NCBI GenBank assembly: GCA_046563655.1
Contig: CM102290.1
Span: 868,001-932,000 of the forward strand
Length of the DNA: 64,000 nt
Origin: Yuukianura sp. NJ FZ-2021
Lineage: Eukaryota
Direction of reading: 5' to 3'
This document shows positions 1 through 14,700 of the stretch, one piece after another. The translations under genes were made by a program, and so were the position numbers. Below the pieces are notes generated by a model. The model was not told the DNA's origin. It did not search any database and saw only the letters and a program-made list of their open reading frames with translations. Numbering within the stretch: the first letter of the stretch is position 1; each line of letters begins with the position of its first letter.

Positions 1-1690
1 TTTCGATCAGGAATGAAATCACAACAGATTTGTTACGAAGATTCAGTTTTGAATTTTGAGCGTTTATAACCTTTTTAGAACACGCGAATAAAACCAAAAA
101 AATGAAATCACAAGTCGACAAATTCTGGTTATTTGACGTTTTGAATATTGTAACTTCGACAATGCTAATTCTCACGCTTTTTTTTTGTTTAGCTTTTTCA
201 ACCAATTTAGATTATTTTGCTGATTGATAGCCATAATGGTGTAACGAGTCAATTCACAAACGCATCTTTTCCGAATCTTTCGGAAAAGTTGAATCTTTCC
301 GCAATTTGCAAGAAACCCGCACGGGATTGCCAACCCTTCGTTTGATGTCCGATGCCCAAGCATTCAGTAAATAGCTTGGACATTCACGTGAGGACCGGGA
401 TTCGGGAACGCAATCACAAGGTAGTACCATGCATGAGATCTCCGACTGTTTCGCATTACCCCGCTCTCCGGCAAGTTAGAAGAATCGGGGATCGCAGGAA
501 GGATGACGAAAGTGCCGAACTGTGCTTGATGGTGATGATGGAAAAAAAAACATAAGGAACTCATACCATAAAGGAAAACAATGATTGGCAAATGGCAAAT
601 CGCATTGCAAGTGTATTTGCAAAAACCAGGAAATTTATATTTTTAATTGTTGAGAAATTGGCGAGAAGGCTTACACCACGCTTTTATTTTGTACCGGAAA
701 AATTGAGGTAGGTCACGGGACCTAAGTGTTGCTCCGAAAAATTCTACAATTTCAACTTAAAATTTGCAAGAATTACGACGATGAGATGAGGAGATGGCAC
801 TAATTTAGAAACCTATTTTGTTTTTGCGTTTTTTCGCAATTCATCAATGGCATTATTATATGAATATGAGTTTCGGGTCAGGTCAGGTTGGACACAAATA
901 GTTGTACCCACACAGTGTTGCCACTTTGCGGTAATTAAGGCTATGCACAATTAATAGGTTCGGTTGTTGCAGTTTCCGACAACAATGGTGGATTACAGCA
1001 ACTTACGTTGCCACCTTCAGATAGCTTAGGTTGAAGTTGGTGTTACATAAGTAAGGGTTCATTTTTAGCCGCCAATTGCAGCCTTACATGATGAACGTAG
1101 GAGTGGCTACACTGTAAAAGGTAGTATACGCTGGTTATTCCTTACTTCAACCTGTATTTTTTTTTTCAATTTCATGTTGAAGTAGCGAAGGAGGCAGTTT
1201 AATTACATTCCTAAATCTTAAAAATGTAATTAAACTTAGGTAGTAAAGAAAGAGGAGTGTCTCGTCTGTAAATGTAAAGCAATTGTAAAGAAGAGGCCGA
1301 GACCCGACCTGTAGCCAGCCAGAACGGAGCTAATTACTACGACTACCACCTCATGGACGTTATACCTAAACCTATATAGTAAGCCCAATATTTACCACCG
1401 AAAATGAAAATCAATCTAAGCCTTAATAAGGGATTCGCATTGAAAAACTGTAGAGAATTGTGTACATTGTTATCGTTTTATCGATTTCAGGTCCGTCTTC
1501 GTCGCCAACCTTCCACGATGGCATAAAGAACACTACGGGCAAAGGCTCGAATACGAATTTATGCTACCTGTTTTGATGTTACATTCCTGTGTACCCCCAT
1601 TGTTTCTTACTAAAAGTAGACACGACACAAGGAGCACATCCCGATCCCATTTCCGGCGTACGTTGCGCAGATAAAAAGCTCACCTTTAAT

Positions 1691-3927
1691 ATGGACCTGC
1701 CGACAACGAATGGCAATCTGCCATCGCCGGAGGGATCAGTCGAGAGGTTATGTCAAAACGGTGCGGCAGTCGTAGGTCTGGACAGGTATTAATTCAGGTT
1801 AATTCTCGTTTTAATGTATAATTTTTCGTGAGCTATGACGGTGCTAATGTGCACCGAGGTTTATGTTACGCGGATGTGCAGTGCACTACACTAAACTGAC
1901 TTAAACAACGTATCTCCTTTTCGGTTGTAGTGAGCTCGTGACTTGGGACCTGCCCCCACCACCATCCCCAGAAGAACTTGACAATGCTAATTTGACGGAT
2001 ACACTTCGGTTTACAGGTGAAATGATTGATTCGGTCAGACACGCTGCAGATATTAGTCACGAGAAGTCGCAAATCGCCGTGCTGGCAGTTATTCAAATGT
2101 TACAAGTAAGAGCTAGATTCCCTTATCTTTCTTTGGATTTATGCTGTCTAGATAACGCGGATACTTGATTTTAGCTGACGCTGTTTCTTGCTGTGTACTA
2201 TTGTTACTTAACAGAAAGAATTCGACAATAACATCCAAATTTCGAGGCGGCTGGACTCGCTGTACTCCAGCCTGGAAGCTCCATCGCCCATCAGTCGAGT
2301 TCCTGAGCTTATAGAAAACTCAGCTGACACTAAGAAATTGAAACGTCTGTTTGACATGATGGCGGCTTTGACGGAGGATGAACAACAAAGAAGCTGGGCG
2401 TCACATGAAGACGAAATAGAAATTACGGATTCTCTCTCTGAAATACTTTCAATAATTGTAAGTTGAATTGGTATCAATATTTCTTTAAAGTGTGGAGGAG
2501 GATACTGTTCAGTACCGTTACCATTCATTTTTTACTTGTTTTAATAGTTAAATGCAGACCACAGTATTTCTGAATACGTCATGCGTAACGACAGCTACCG
2601 AGGTATTCAAGCGTTGGCACTCTTGTATCAAATGGAGACTCGAAAACCGATACGTGCCAAACTGAGAGATGTCTTGATTTCCATCTGCGAGTTTAGCACT
2701 CAGTCTGTTCTCATTCTCTCGGATTCGGTCTTGCCAATGGAACTTGGAAGGTATTCATTTAGTGCTGTACTGTTAATTTTGATTAGGTAGGTGACCTCCT
2801 TCCGGGTCAAAGTGGACTTTTTTGTTTTCTCCGTTCACAACTTACGTAGTATGTAATGCATTATGGTTCACGATAATGTGCTCATGCCGCGAATACAGCA
2901 CCATCTTTCGCATTTGTACACATTCGTTTACTCCCGATTTATTCATTACTTTTACGTTGCTTTTGTATTCTAGAGAGTTCAAGGATTGCACCGTTTCCGA
3001 TAAGCTTCTAATCACGCAAATTTCTAAGCTCCTGTCGCTTCTCATGTCAACAGGACTGCCTTTACCGATAGGACATTATGGTGAGGAAACTATTTTAGAA
3101 GTAACTTCGTCTTCGAAGTTAGTGCCGATGAACCAATGTTTGAGAGGGTGAGATCTTTAACTGTTTTCTTTTTATACAGTTTACCTTGGTGTTGAGTTCA
3201 TACGCGCTGTTTTGAAAATCATCGAGGATGCTGCCAAGTTTGACGAAACAATTTCAAATGAATTAACTAACTTAATTCTAAGTTACAATCTGCAGTTTCG
3301 CGGGGAGGTTGAAAACAATTACACGACTCAAGCTATTTCGGACATCAAGTATGCTCCGTTCTTTTCCCAGAGATTGATCAATTTATTGAATTGGTTTCGT
3401 GAGTGACACACAGTTTTAAAATAGAAATCAGTATCGCTACATGAAGTTTTACGTTACGTTGTTTGTACAACAGAAGACCCACTTGACATTGGATACCATA
3501 AGCCGCCGGAAATGACAAACTCTATCCTTAAAATCCTCATCGACATTTTTTCAAACCCTAAGGCGACCGGAATCTTTTTCGTGAACGATATTGATGTCTT
3601 GATTACTATTCTCATTCGATGGTTGACAGACCTGGGCCCCGGGGACAAGGTAAACCGCACTTTTTAAAATTTTGAATAGTTTTTATGATTAAGAAGTTAA
3701 TGATAGGATTGCTTTTTTTTTAGTGGCGTCCATCTCTTCTGGAACTAGTTCAGCTGACTCTACGCAATTCAGACTTCCTTGTGGAATTACATGACCTTTC
3801 ACCCTTGACTGATTGCTTGACTTTAATTCTACAAGAAGAGGCAACAGCTCCAAATACGCTTTGTCATGATCTCGTTGAGAGCATTTTCCGGGAATTTCCG
3901 ATGCTGGCTGGTGGGGCTTCTACTTAG
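1691..3927 (+). CDS. NCKIPSD: NCK-interacting protein with SH3 domain (SPIN90/DIP/WISH family Arp2/3 activator), ~473 aa, no SH3 seen
   Basis: Hand-spliced GT-AG exons 1691-1785, 1931-2105, 2215-2457, 2548-2750, 2974-3080, 3180-3398, 3474-3649, 3724-3927 stay in frame. Motifs DEQQRSWASHEDE, LYQMETR, SVLPMELGR, FSQRLINLLN, IFFVNDIDVLI and DLGPGDK match the recalled SPIN90/LDB17 armadillo region. The start ATG at 1691 is tentative. Confidence 0.9.
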
Positions 3928-5755
3928 GTCGGCACCTTAACAATCAACACCTTCCACAAGTTTTCTCTTTGCTACTGCTATTGGTGGTGTTAAACCCGCC
4001 TTCGCTTGATACAATCAAACTTCGTTTGAGCGTTTGTTGGGAGGAGGGGAGAAGTCAATCACAAGGCTTGTCAAGTTTTTCTTACGATGAATTGATGTCT
4101 TTCTGTTGCGATGCAACTTACTTTTAGTAATCTCGAAACTGTGTTACTTTACACTTAAAACGATGAAATTAACCTACAGCAATTCTATTCACCCCTAGAC
4201 ATGAGAAATGTCTTCTTTACCGACATGATTTGTTAATTTGTAATCAAAGTTCCTATATGATACAGCTTTAGTCATGACATTAATTTGTTGTTAGTGATTA
4301 TGAATACCTTTTATCCGAATGATCTGGTGTAGCTTTTTTTTTGACTTCGAGATTTAGTATTTATAATTTGATCTGCGTGTTTTCGCTACTCAGTTACTAA
4401 CCCGTGATTTCTAGCCCTTGTAGAATAAAGAAAAATGTAAACGTTGACCTTTCTGTGTTAAAGAGTCAATGCTTTGCATGATAAACTGCGTGCATTACTT
4501 CTAATCTAGAAAAATACAAAAATAGCAAGAAATGTGTTTTAGTTTTTCCTTTTCAGAACGTTTCACACAAACTCGGCAGGTTTAGTATACGTAACAAAAC
4601 CAAAATGAAAAAGTAGCCTACGCCCAAGTCGTTTCCGTATAAAGCATTAGAAAGTACCAGTTCAGTTACTAGCCAAAGCTACTGAATATGGCACGGGCTT
4701 TTCTGAACTATAGTGAAAGTGAATCAAATCAGGACGCGGTCTGTGGAGAAAAGACTTTCTTCTTTTTTTTTATAATGTCAAAGAAATTTTCTGCTAGGAA
4801 ATTTTTCAACCGTTAGTTTTGTTTTTTGATCCACCCAAACATGTTGTTGTAGAATAAAGGCAATTTCCATCAGTAGTCTTCCGCACTTTATTGGAGATTA
4901 TATGTCCAATACTCGCCAGCATTTTCATCTTCTGTAGTCTTTGTTCGCTGGGCGTAGATTCCTCGCACATATTTTCATACCGGATACAGATTTTGGCCAT
5001 ATTCCTATGCCGACATGCTTGCCACCGCCCTTTTCACTTACCTTGAAGAAAATGTGGAAAGTTTTTTAAGAAATTGGAAAGTTGGCTGTGACTCTGCTGG
5101 AGGTAGAGGAAGTTGTGTCCGAATAAATTCTGGAACGAAAGCATCTGACAAGGAAGCGTCCTTTTCCCATAACAAAGTCATAGATTTTTGGTAAAAAGAC
5201 TAAAGTTTGGCAGTTATGGTTAATTAAGATTGACATAAGGGTGTTGGCTGGTCAGTTGATCTCCATGGCTACTAACCCGTTGACCTCGAAATTAAACTGT
5301 ACTAGTAGGACATAAGCACAACTGAGTCAAGGACTCCAAGCCGGAACTCGCTAGGAAATACTAGAACATAGAAAGTAAAAGTGCAGCAGGACCCTTTACC
5401 TGTTGTGCCAAACTTAAGAACGGTATTTCCATTGTCGTCTATTTTTACCTTACCTGTCCAAGTCACCGGGACAGGACTTGGAGGAATTCAAAAAAAAATT
5501 GTTGGGACCCTTGGCCTCATATTTAAACCTCTGCAAAATCAGTACTCTTGTTTCATTTTTATCGTTTGTCAACTATTTCAGTTCCAGAGATTTTCAAGAT
5601 GGACTAAATTAACATTAGGTCCAGAGAGTTTAATTTTAGAATTCAGTCTTTTTCAAATTAAAACTAACCATTAGTAATACTAGGGTTGCAGCGGTAAACC
5701 AGCAGTTAAGTGGACTAATTACTTTTGTGACACTGTGGAGTCAGAAGTATTAAGA

Positions 5756-8700
5756 ATGCCTTCTGCAACTAGGATCTGGAGGTGGTATGACCTAGCGTCG
5801 GTGTTATTTTGTCTTTTGTACGTCGTAAATGGTGAGTTGGACACCACTGGCAACAAGACGGAAGAGATATGTCCATGTCTCCCAATGGACGAATGCCCGC
5901 GTATCTACGGACAAAGTGCAACGGACATCCGGCAACTCGGATTTTTGGAACCGTGTCGCGAATTTGGAACAGTTAGATGCTGTGGTGTTACGGTAAGTAT
6001 AGTACTTGTAAGCTTTCACTAACAAAAGAAAATGTTGACAGAAAGTTTGCCCGTTGATTGATTTTTTGGTTTTTAGATTTTGATTTTTTGATGTGTATAT
6101 AAAATTTTGCAAACAAAAAAAAATGGGTGGGATTTGCCATTATTAAAACAATTTATTTAGGAAACAATGTTCTCGAACGTCTTTCTTTGCACAAAAAATC
6201 TATTCATTTCCATTATTATTTTCAGCGTGGCATTTTCTTGCCAAAAAAAAAGAATTTTTTTTTTCTCAGATTTTTTAATAAGGATTCTTAATATTAAAAG
6301 TTTCGAATTTCATTTGTTAACGGTGCTTATTTTACGCTTACGTGAATCGAAATGATTGGATTTTTACTAGCACCAAATTTTTTTTTAGAATTTTAATATT
6401 TAATATTTACTCTTTGATTTTCTCTGTTTTCCTTATTCAAAATTCAAGTTGATTTTTCCAGAAATGGGAATAAAGTGCATTTTTCTTTGCATTTCTTTGC
6501 AACACACTTACTTTACCTTGTTCCAGCAATAGTCTTTACCTCAACTTCGTTTATCAAAAACGTTTTGACTTTTCTTTCATGTTTTCCCTTCTTTTTTTTT
6601 CTTCATCTGAAATCTGTGTCTACCGAAATGCTTGAAGAGGTTGGGAGTTCCAATTTTGGGGTGAAAGTGGAGCAAAGAAGAAAAAGAATCCCGTTTACTC
6701 TGATTCTGTGTGAACTGAAGACAGTCGGATGACCTAATTGAAGCTTTTCAATTCCCTGTTCCTTGTGGTTCCTTCAAATAAAGTCCAAAATAGAAATTGT
6801 AGGATTGGGTTACGCTTTGAGTGGGTCACAGGGGTACAGAAACCTTTGATCTGAAAACTTTTCAATTCCTAATCTGGCGATTGACCCACTTTATCCTTAT
6901 CCTCTTTCACCTTACTTTAATTTCGATGTATTTCTAAAGAAAAAAAACTAACTTTGCAATAGAAATAAACTCACAAATGAAACTTTTTTTTTTGAAAAAT
7001 TCAATTATTCTTAGAACTGTTGAAATTGAGTCTAATTAGGGAGCTTATAACGGAGCTACTTACAACTGTTACAGATTACAGTTACAGTTACAGATTATCG
7101 AAATTCGCTTATTAGACGTTTCACGGTTGATTGCAATTTTATGAAAATATGAATTCCATTGGATATTAACTTTTTTTTTGTTTTTTATTCCTCGATTCAA
7201 ACAGATTCAAATTGCGCACAATACAGACGCGGAGATTAATTCCTTAGACAAAATGGGTGGCAGAAGTGGGGCTGAAAACTTGGACCTTGATGCACTTGAA
7301 CAAGTAAGCCAAAAACAAACATTTATTAAAACTTAATATTAACATAATAATATCCTAAATTTGAAAAATTCAATTAGGTAAATTCACAAATTAAGATGCG
7401 CCTTGTCCGTCGTCCACTCAGCCCCACTTTTAATGACTTCCAAGCTGACTCCACCAATGAGAATTCATTTCCAGGAACATCGAAAGTCAGAGGTCAACGT
7501 CAGGGAATCAAAATTGTGCAGGTCTACCCCGAAGGAAAGTCACCGGCATCATCCGAGTCGCAATCAAGAGAACACAAAGCATCTTCCTTGACCTCAATGA
7601 CCCCTGTGAATGATGGTACGAGACCAGTATTCAAAAAGACTGGAAGGCCAACATCCGAACATGCTGAAATTTCTGCGGATTCAAAAAATACCAGCACGGA
7701 GGAGCAAATTACGTTGCCAGAGGAGTCAAAGGGAACATCACCAGATACTTCCCCTAATGGTAATTTGACGCTGAAATCACATCTAGGCGAATCCTCTTCC
7801 GTAATGTCGACAACAGCCGATGCTTCAGGTCACGAGGTTCAACATACCAAAGGTGAAAGTTCAATTCACAAGATTCAAAATTCCAAAGCTGAGAATCAAA
7901 CTTCATTGTCAGAGTCAGAGTTGGCCACCAAGGAAGGAAAGAGAAATGATTCATCTGAACATTTTGAAAAGACTCAAACGCTTCAGCCAGCAGCATCAAC
8001 TGGGACAATGGACATCACTTTTGAGGTCAAGGATCTTCCTGCTTCTACAGGCACCAACAGCACAGGAGCTGGACGCTCACGAGTTTCTAGAACTAATGAT
8101 AAGGACCATTCCTCAATGTTAGAAAAAAGAGACACTTCATTCCGGAGGGAAATGTTGCCTACTTCCGGTGGCAATGCCGTTCACAAAGTTTTATCTTTAA
8201 GTTCCGGAAGTGGTATCAGGAAGGATTTTTCAATGCACGCAGAAAATAACATTGCTGATGACAAAAAAATTGGGGAGGTTTCCGGAAGTGGAATGACGGA
8301 TGTTTCTATGAAATCACAGTCAGGCAGCATTGTAGAAATTCCACCAACTTTTGGCACTAACGTTGCGACAGGCTCGGCCACAAATTCAAACAGTAACATT
8401 GGTAACGATGGAGGATTTTCTGCGAAGGCTGGAAGTGGTTCTATTTCGTCAATTGGCAACATTGCTGCTCGTAGAAAATTTTCATCAATTTCAAGGGGCC
8501 AAAAAATCGCTTCAAATTCTGACAGTACAGTTCACGGAAAATTTTCAGCTAATTCTGGAAGTGGAATTACGACAAGCTCGTCTACCAAATCAAACAGTAA
8601 TATTGTCGACAGTGGCGGATTTTCAGCGACTTTGGGAAGCGGTTCGACAAACTCGGGTGGCAACATGGCTGCTCACGTGGAATTTCCAGGGGATGCTGGA

Positions 8701-11700
8701 AATATCGCGAAAACGAGTTTTTCCTCAAGCTTGGGAAATGCTGTAACAGTCGCAGGGCAGAAAAAATTTTCTGAAAGTTCTGGAACTGGAGTTAGAACAG
8801 ATACGCTATCGAACTCAAACGGTGACGTCAGCCCTCACGGAACCCTTACAGCGACATCGGGAAGTGATTCGACAAGCGAAATTGGTAACGTTGTTATCCA
8901 TGAAAAATTTTCAGCATCTTCGGGAACTGGATCTACAAACGCCGGCGGTAGCGTCGTTGCACGCAGGAAATTTCTAGGACGTACAAGACAGGGATTGGTT
9001 GATAAAAATTCTGCCAGTTCGGTTCACAAAGAACTTTCAGCAACTTCTGGAACTGGAATTACCCCCGATTTGACTTCTTCAAGCACTGGCGTAACTGACA
9101 ACTCGGGGGTTTCAGTCACATCAGGAAGCAGTTCACCCCGAAGGAAATTTTCAGGCGCTAGGCGAGGTGGAGGTCCAAAAATATTCGAGAAAAATTCTAT
9201 CACTACAATTCAAAACGAATTCTCATCAAATTCTGGAAGTGGGATTGCTACAGATTCCTCTAAGAACTCGGCGGCTTCTGTAAGTGGAATGACGACGTCA
9301 GGCACCAACATCGGTTCTCAACAGCAGTTTTCAGCAACTCCAGGAAGTGAAACAGAAACAACGTTGGGAAATAACGCTGGAGGTCAAAATGGTGTTACGT
9401 CAATTTCTACTGGTGGAGTTGTAGAAAAATTCGGGACAACAAACTCTGGAAATATCGGTCACGCAGATTTCTCAGCTGTTTCTGGAGCTGGTGTGACTAG
9501 CGATTTGTCGACAAACTCAGGCAGTAATGTATCACACCGGAATGGATTTTCAGCAATTTCGGGCGCAGGAGTCACAAAAAACTTTGCGACACACACTGGC
9601 AATACAGATCAAAAAGAATTTTCAGCAATTTCAAGAGGCGGACTCACAAAACAATTTGGAACACACATTGACAGTGGAGCCCAAAACGAGTTTTCAGCAA
9701 TTCCCGAAAATGCCGTCGTCACAGGTTTTTCTGTAACTTCTGACAGTAACACGTCTCCTCAAGGATTTTCAGCCATTTCTGGAGATGGAGTGGCGACAAA
9801 CTTTTCTACGCAGCCAGCCAGTAATAACGCTGGTCACAGAGGATTTGCAGCAATTTCGAGGGGAGGAGTTACAAAAAAGTTTGTAACAAAATCTGGATTT
9901 CGCAAGAAATTTCCAGCAATTTCGGAAACTGAGGTCGCTAAAGATTTTCCAACAGTTTCCAGCGCTACTTCGACACCCACGCACTTTACAATTACAGGTG
10001 CCAGTAGCCATGGATCATCCAATGAAATTTCAACATTTTCAGAAGCAAAAGTAACTCCGGGCAAGTTGGATCACCAGGACGTCTCCAGCGCTACAAATGG
10101 CAGTGATATCACATCTCACAATGGCATTTCTCCTATTACTTCAATATCAAATGCACAAGTTTCAGAAAACAACAACTTTTTCAAGCAAACCGAGGAGATG
10201 AACGCTGTTCGTGCACCGTTCAAGTTTCAGCGTCCAAGGAAACGACCATTCCACTCCAAATCATCTATTCAAGTTTCAACCTCTGAAGAATCCAGATTGA
10301 CTGGACCAGGTTCCACAGAACCAATCAGAATTGAAAGTGTTGCTGCTCCTGCATCAAAGATCAGAAGAAAATTTCGGGTCCGTCCAGTGACCACATCAAC
10401 AACTGAAACGACTCCAATAGAACAAGAAGTAATTCCAAATGCTCCCTCTGTCATGCATCCACAACCCGGGAATTTTCAAGAGGAACGAGTTCAGTTTGAA
10501 ACTTTTCCACCAGAAAATGTCGCTTTCAATGCAATTTCAGGGAGTCAGTCACAGGTCAAAACAGCTTCTCATTTTGAAAATTCCAATAGAGTTCCTCAAG
10601 TTCAAACGGACAAGAAGAAAGTGTCACATTTTCCTGTTATGCACACAGTGTCAACTACTGAACAACCGCAACCTATCGCCGTCCAAATAGATACTTTCGG
10701 AACCCAACAACCGGAAGAACTGAAACGTAACTTTTCAGTAATCAGTTCCCAGCCATGGATTCCTCAAGGCAGCTCAAGACCAGAACATGTCTCTATGATT
10801 TTCAGTCAGGAAGTAATTCCTCCAAAAGAATCATCAAACGAATCAAAATCGGTTCAGAAAAATAATCAGGAGTCAAGTTCTGCTGAGAATCAACAACCAA
10901 CTCCTTCCTATGAGCTGTTTCACAACGCTTCCAAGCAACGTCCGCTACATAAGTTCCATAAACAACGGTTGAATCCAGGCGTAGCCAAGAATGCTGGAAG
11001 TGCTGAAGTGGACGAAGTTGTTCAAACAACAACAACAACAACTTCAATACGCCAACGTTTTCCCGTCAGAGGGCCATCTTCAGCCGAAATAGATGTAGAT
11101 CAACCGTTTTCACCACTTCGTGCTAATGATCCTGCACGAAATTATATTCACCAACGTATAAATCCCCTCAGAAAACCAAATAAGGAGTCTGACTCAGAAG
11201 AAATGACTACAACTACAGTACGTTCACCACTGCGCAAGTACGTCGACAGACTCAAACCATCAAGAGGTCCTTACGGCGGACATGAAACTGAAGAAAAATC
11301 GGTTTCTTCTACTACGACAACTTCTGCCCCCCGGCGGAAAACTGTTATCAGATTGAAGTCAATCAAGAACAGCAATGTTAACCAGGTTGAAACTGAAGAC
11401 CAGTCTATCGCTACCGTTGATCGTGTTCGTGAGGAGGCAAAGCGACCGCAGCCATCAGGAATCTACTATGAGAAGTATGACACAGAAGCGGGATCGACCG
11501 TAACTACCACCCGTGCCCCGCGCCGTCGCATTCACCACCGAATACGTCCAGTTATGGATTCTTCAACTTTTGGACCAATCAGCATCGCTGAGGAACAAGT
11601 CATTCCTACTACATCTGCGCCAATGCAGCAATATCCGCATCAACTTCACTCTAACTACGATAGAGAAAAGTACGCAGAGGAAGAACCCACTACCACACGC

Positions 11701-14700
11701 AGTTCCAGGAGGAAATACATCCAGCGTGTACGCCCAGCCAAGGATTATTCAACTTCTGAAGAAACTACAACAACGCATGCTCCAAGACGCAGGTTTGGCC
11801 CAAAACTTACTTCTGATACAGCTCGGCCCACAGCTGAAGCGTTTGCTGACGTTACTTCTCAGAATATACCGACAACTTCTGCGCCTGTGCATGAATACAC
11901 ACGTTTCAATCCATCCAAAGGTTATTCAAGTCGCCACAGAGAACAACACGTAACAGAAGAGCCAAGTACAACTCAAGTTCCAAGGCGTAAACATGTCCAA
12001 CGACCACACTTCACGCGCGTTCAGTCTAGTTTTGAACCGGAAGCACCCGAATATGTCACTTGGACTACCACCACTGCTCCACTGTTTGAAAATCAACAGC
12101 GGTTGAATCCTTCCCGAATTTACTCAAATTACAACGAAGATCAAACAGAACAACCAACGACAGCGTATATTCCAAAGCGTCAATACTCCCAAAGGCCGAA
12201 CTCGGAACCTATTCACACAGAGTATGAAGCGACATATGCATCTGGGTATCAAATGCCGTCTACTACTACTACGGCGGTTCCACTCGAATATGTTCCTGTC
12301 CATGGCCACTCAAGTTACAACGCAGCGGTATATTCAGAAGACATAACAACGCAACCTCCACCGGAAATCCAGTGGACTCACGAGCCAATCAACCCTAATG
12401 ACTACGAAAGTTCAATTGGTACCGACGAGGAGTTGGTTCAAACTACTGCTGTGCCAATGCGTCGTGACCAGGACCATTCATTGAATTCAGTCACAAGATA
12501 TTCAATTGTTCACACAGAATCTACCGCAGAAAATGAGCCAATCACGCTCGGAGAAAAAATCAATACTGCTCATTACAGCACTCCACTTACAACCACTTAC
12601 GCAGAACCGGAAACTGTCAGCATTACGACGACGACGTCTGCTCCTACAGTAGAGAGTATTCAATCGTACAATGCTGCTGCTGGCGTTTACCGACGTAGAC
12701 ACGGTGGAACTCGGCGTCAGCCGGAACCAACAACTCCAACCACTTCTGCGCCGACTCAGGATTACGTTCAGCCGCGGCGTCAATATTCGAATCGAGGCAA
12801 GTCAACGTACCGCGAAACCGAAACTGAAACAGCCAAACCAACAGTTGCACCAAGGCCTTCGTACCCCAGAAGAAAATCTCTACTTGTTTCTAAAGAAAAT
12901 GACGCTCAAACTTCAATAACCTTTTCAGCAAAACCAAACGCTGAAGTTCCAGGAACATCAGCTCCAGCTTCTCGTCGCTTCAAACTTCCAATTAGATTCA
13001 ACACAAAAATTGAGCCAATTTCCAGCATCACAGAAGCTTCCATTACAACAACATCAAAACCTTACTCAGCTAACATTGCAGAGAAAGACAGTGAAACTGG
13101 ATCTCTGGATAATTACGACCTAATTCTGGACAAGGAAGTACGAGATCATTTGGCCAGTGGACTACCAATGCTTACTGTTCACCCCGTGCACCATGCCACT
13201 AACATACGGTTTGATCAAAGTTATGACAATACAAATCCTATTTCTTATGAAGATGACGACAGAAAAGAAACTTTCGAGGAAGAGAGTCGGGTCCATGTCA
13301 AATTTTTAGAAAACACGACGACCACTCCAGCGTCAACCACTGCATCATTTATTGACAATGTCAATAAACAAGAGAGACCGAAATACAAACGAGTCCGGGT
13401 TGAGAATCGTCCCACGGCAGTTCCATCTGGATCAACATCTTCATCCTCCCATGTAAACAGTAATATCCGCACATCCATTGTCAAGAGTCAAGTTCCAGAT
13501 AGCAAGGAGCAACCAGAACATCAAGTTCCTGCACTTCCTCAATCAAAATCAGCGTCAAAGCGCTTCAAGGTTCAGCTTTCTCCACTTTCTCCACCGTCTT
13601 CCACACCGCACCCATCTCCAGTCCAAGCTACAAGGTTTAACTTTCCACCCTTCAAGACCCTTCCACATGCATTGCCAAGCATAAAAACTCCTTTGACGAA
13701 AACGGAATTTAAATCTTCAGTTCCAAATCCACAACTCAACTTCAAGATTCCCACAGAACCAGCATGGTTCTCACCTACAACGGAACCACCCGTCAATCAT
13801 GTCCAGACCACAGAAGCCTCATACATGTCACTGCAACTCCAACCTACACAACCTCCAACTGCCAGTACAACGCCAATGACTGCTCCTACACCTTCAGCAC
13901 CCACTCAGACTTTGAACTTGGCAGGATTTTTACAAGAGTCGAAATTCCAACCAAGGCCACAAGCTAATTCCCACAAAACTGGGCGATTTCCAGTGCCGAC
14001 GACATTTAACTTTAGTGGAGCTGGAAACCACAGGGGTGAAGAATTGAATGCTTTTGATTCTCCTGGAAATTCTGGAACAGAAATTTCACCTGATAAGGAA
14101 AACGAGGGAAGTTCAAACTTGAAAGGCATTCCAGGAAGCTGGAATGAAGGGAATGCTGGTGTATTTTCTGTGAACACAGAAGTGAAAGAATCGTGGCCTA
14201 CTTTTCCAGAAACTGAAATGAATCCCTTACGCCATTTGAGCGTCAAGCATAACCTACAAAATTCAAATCACAATTCCAATACTGACGCTAAGACCCCAGC
14301 CAGCATCGGTTCTGCTCAATTCCAGGATGGAAACGATGAGAGTCGAAGTAATCAGGAGTTGGAATCAAATTCGAACAAACTAGGAAATCCGACACTGAGT
14401 GCCCATACGACTCCAACACCTCTGCAAACTTCTGTTCACCAGACTCCAGATCTAACCTATGTAAATATAGTCAACCCATCTCCAAATGGGTTACAACCAC
14501 ACCCTATTATTCCATCTTCAAACGGATTTGACAATAAACCTAATCGAAGCACAGAATTCTCCAGCTCTACAAAAAATTCTGGATTCCAGCCAATATCTAG
14601 TAACGAGTTCCAGAGTTCCATGCTACTTAGTTCACCACAGCAACCGACGCAATTTACAAGATTTGAATCTCCGTCCCATATGCCTTCAAGTATTCCCGCT

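Noticed and set aside
172..860. Possible 5' exons of a minus-strand gene leaving the window (donor-like sites near 175 and 674; ORFs 172-363 and 364-591)
   Set aside because: No recognisable protein. It may be UTR, and there is too little to annotate.
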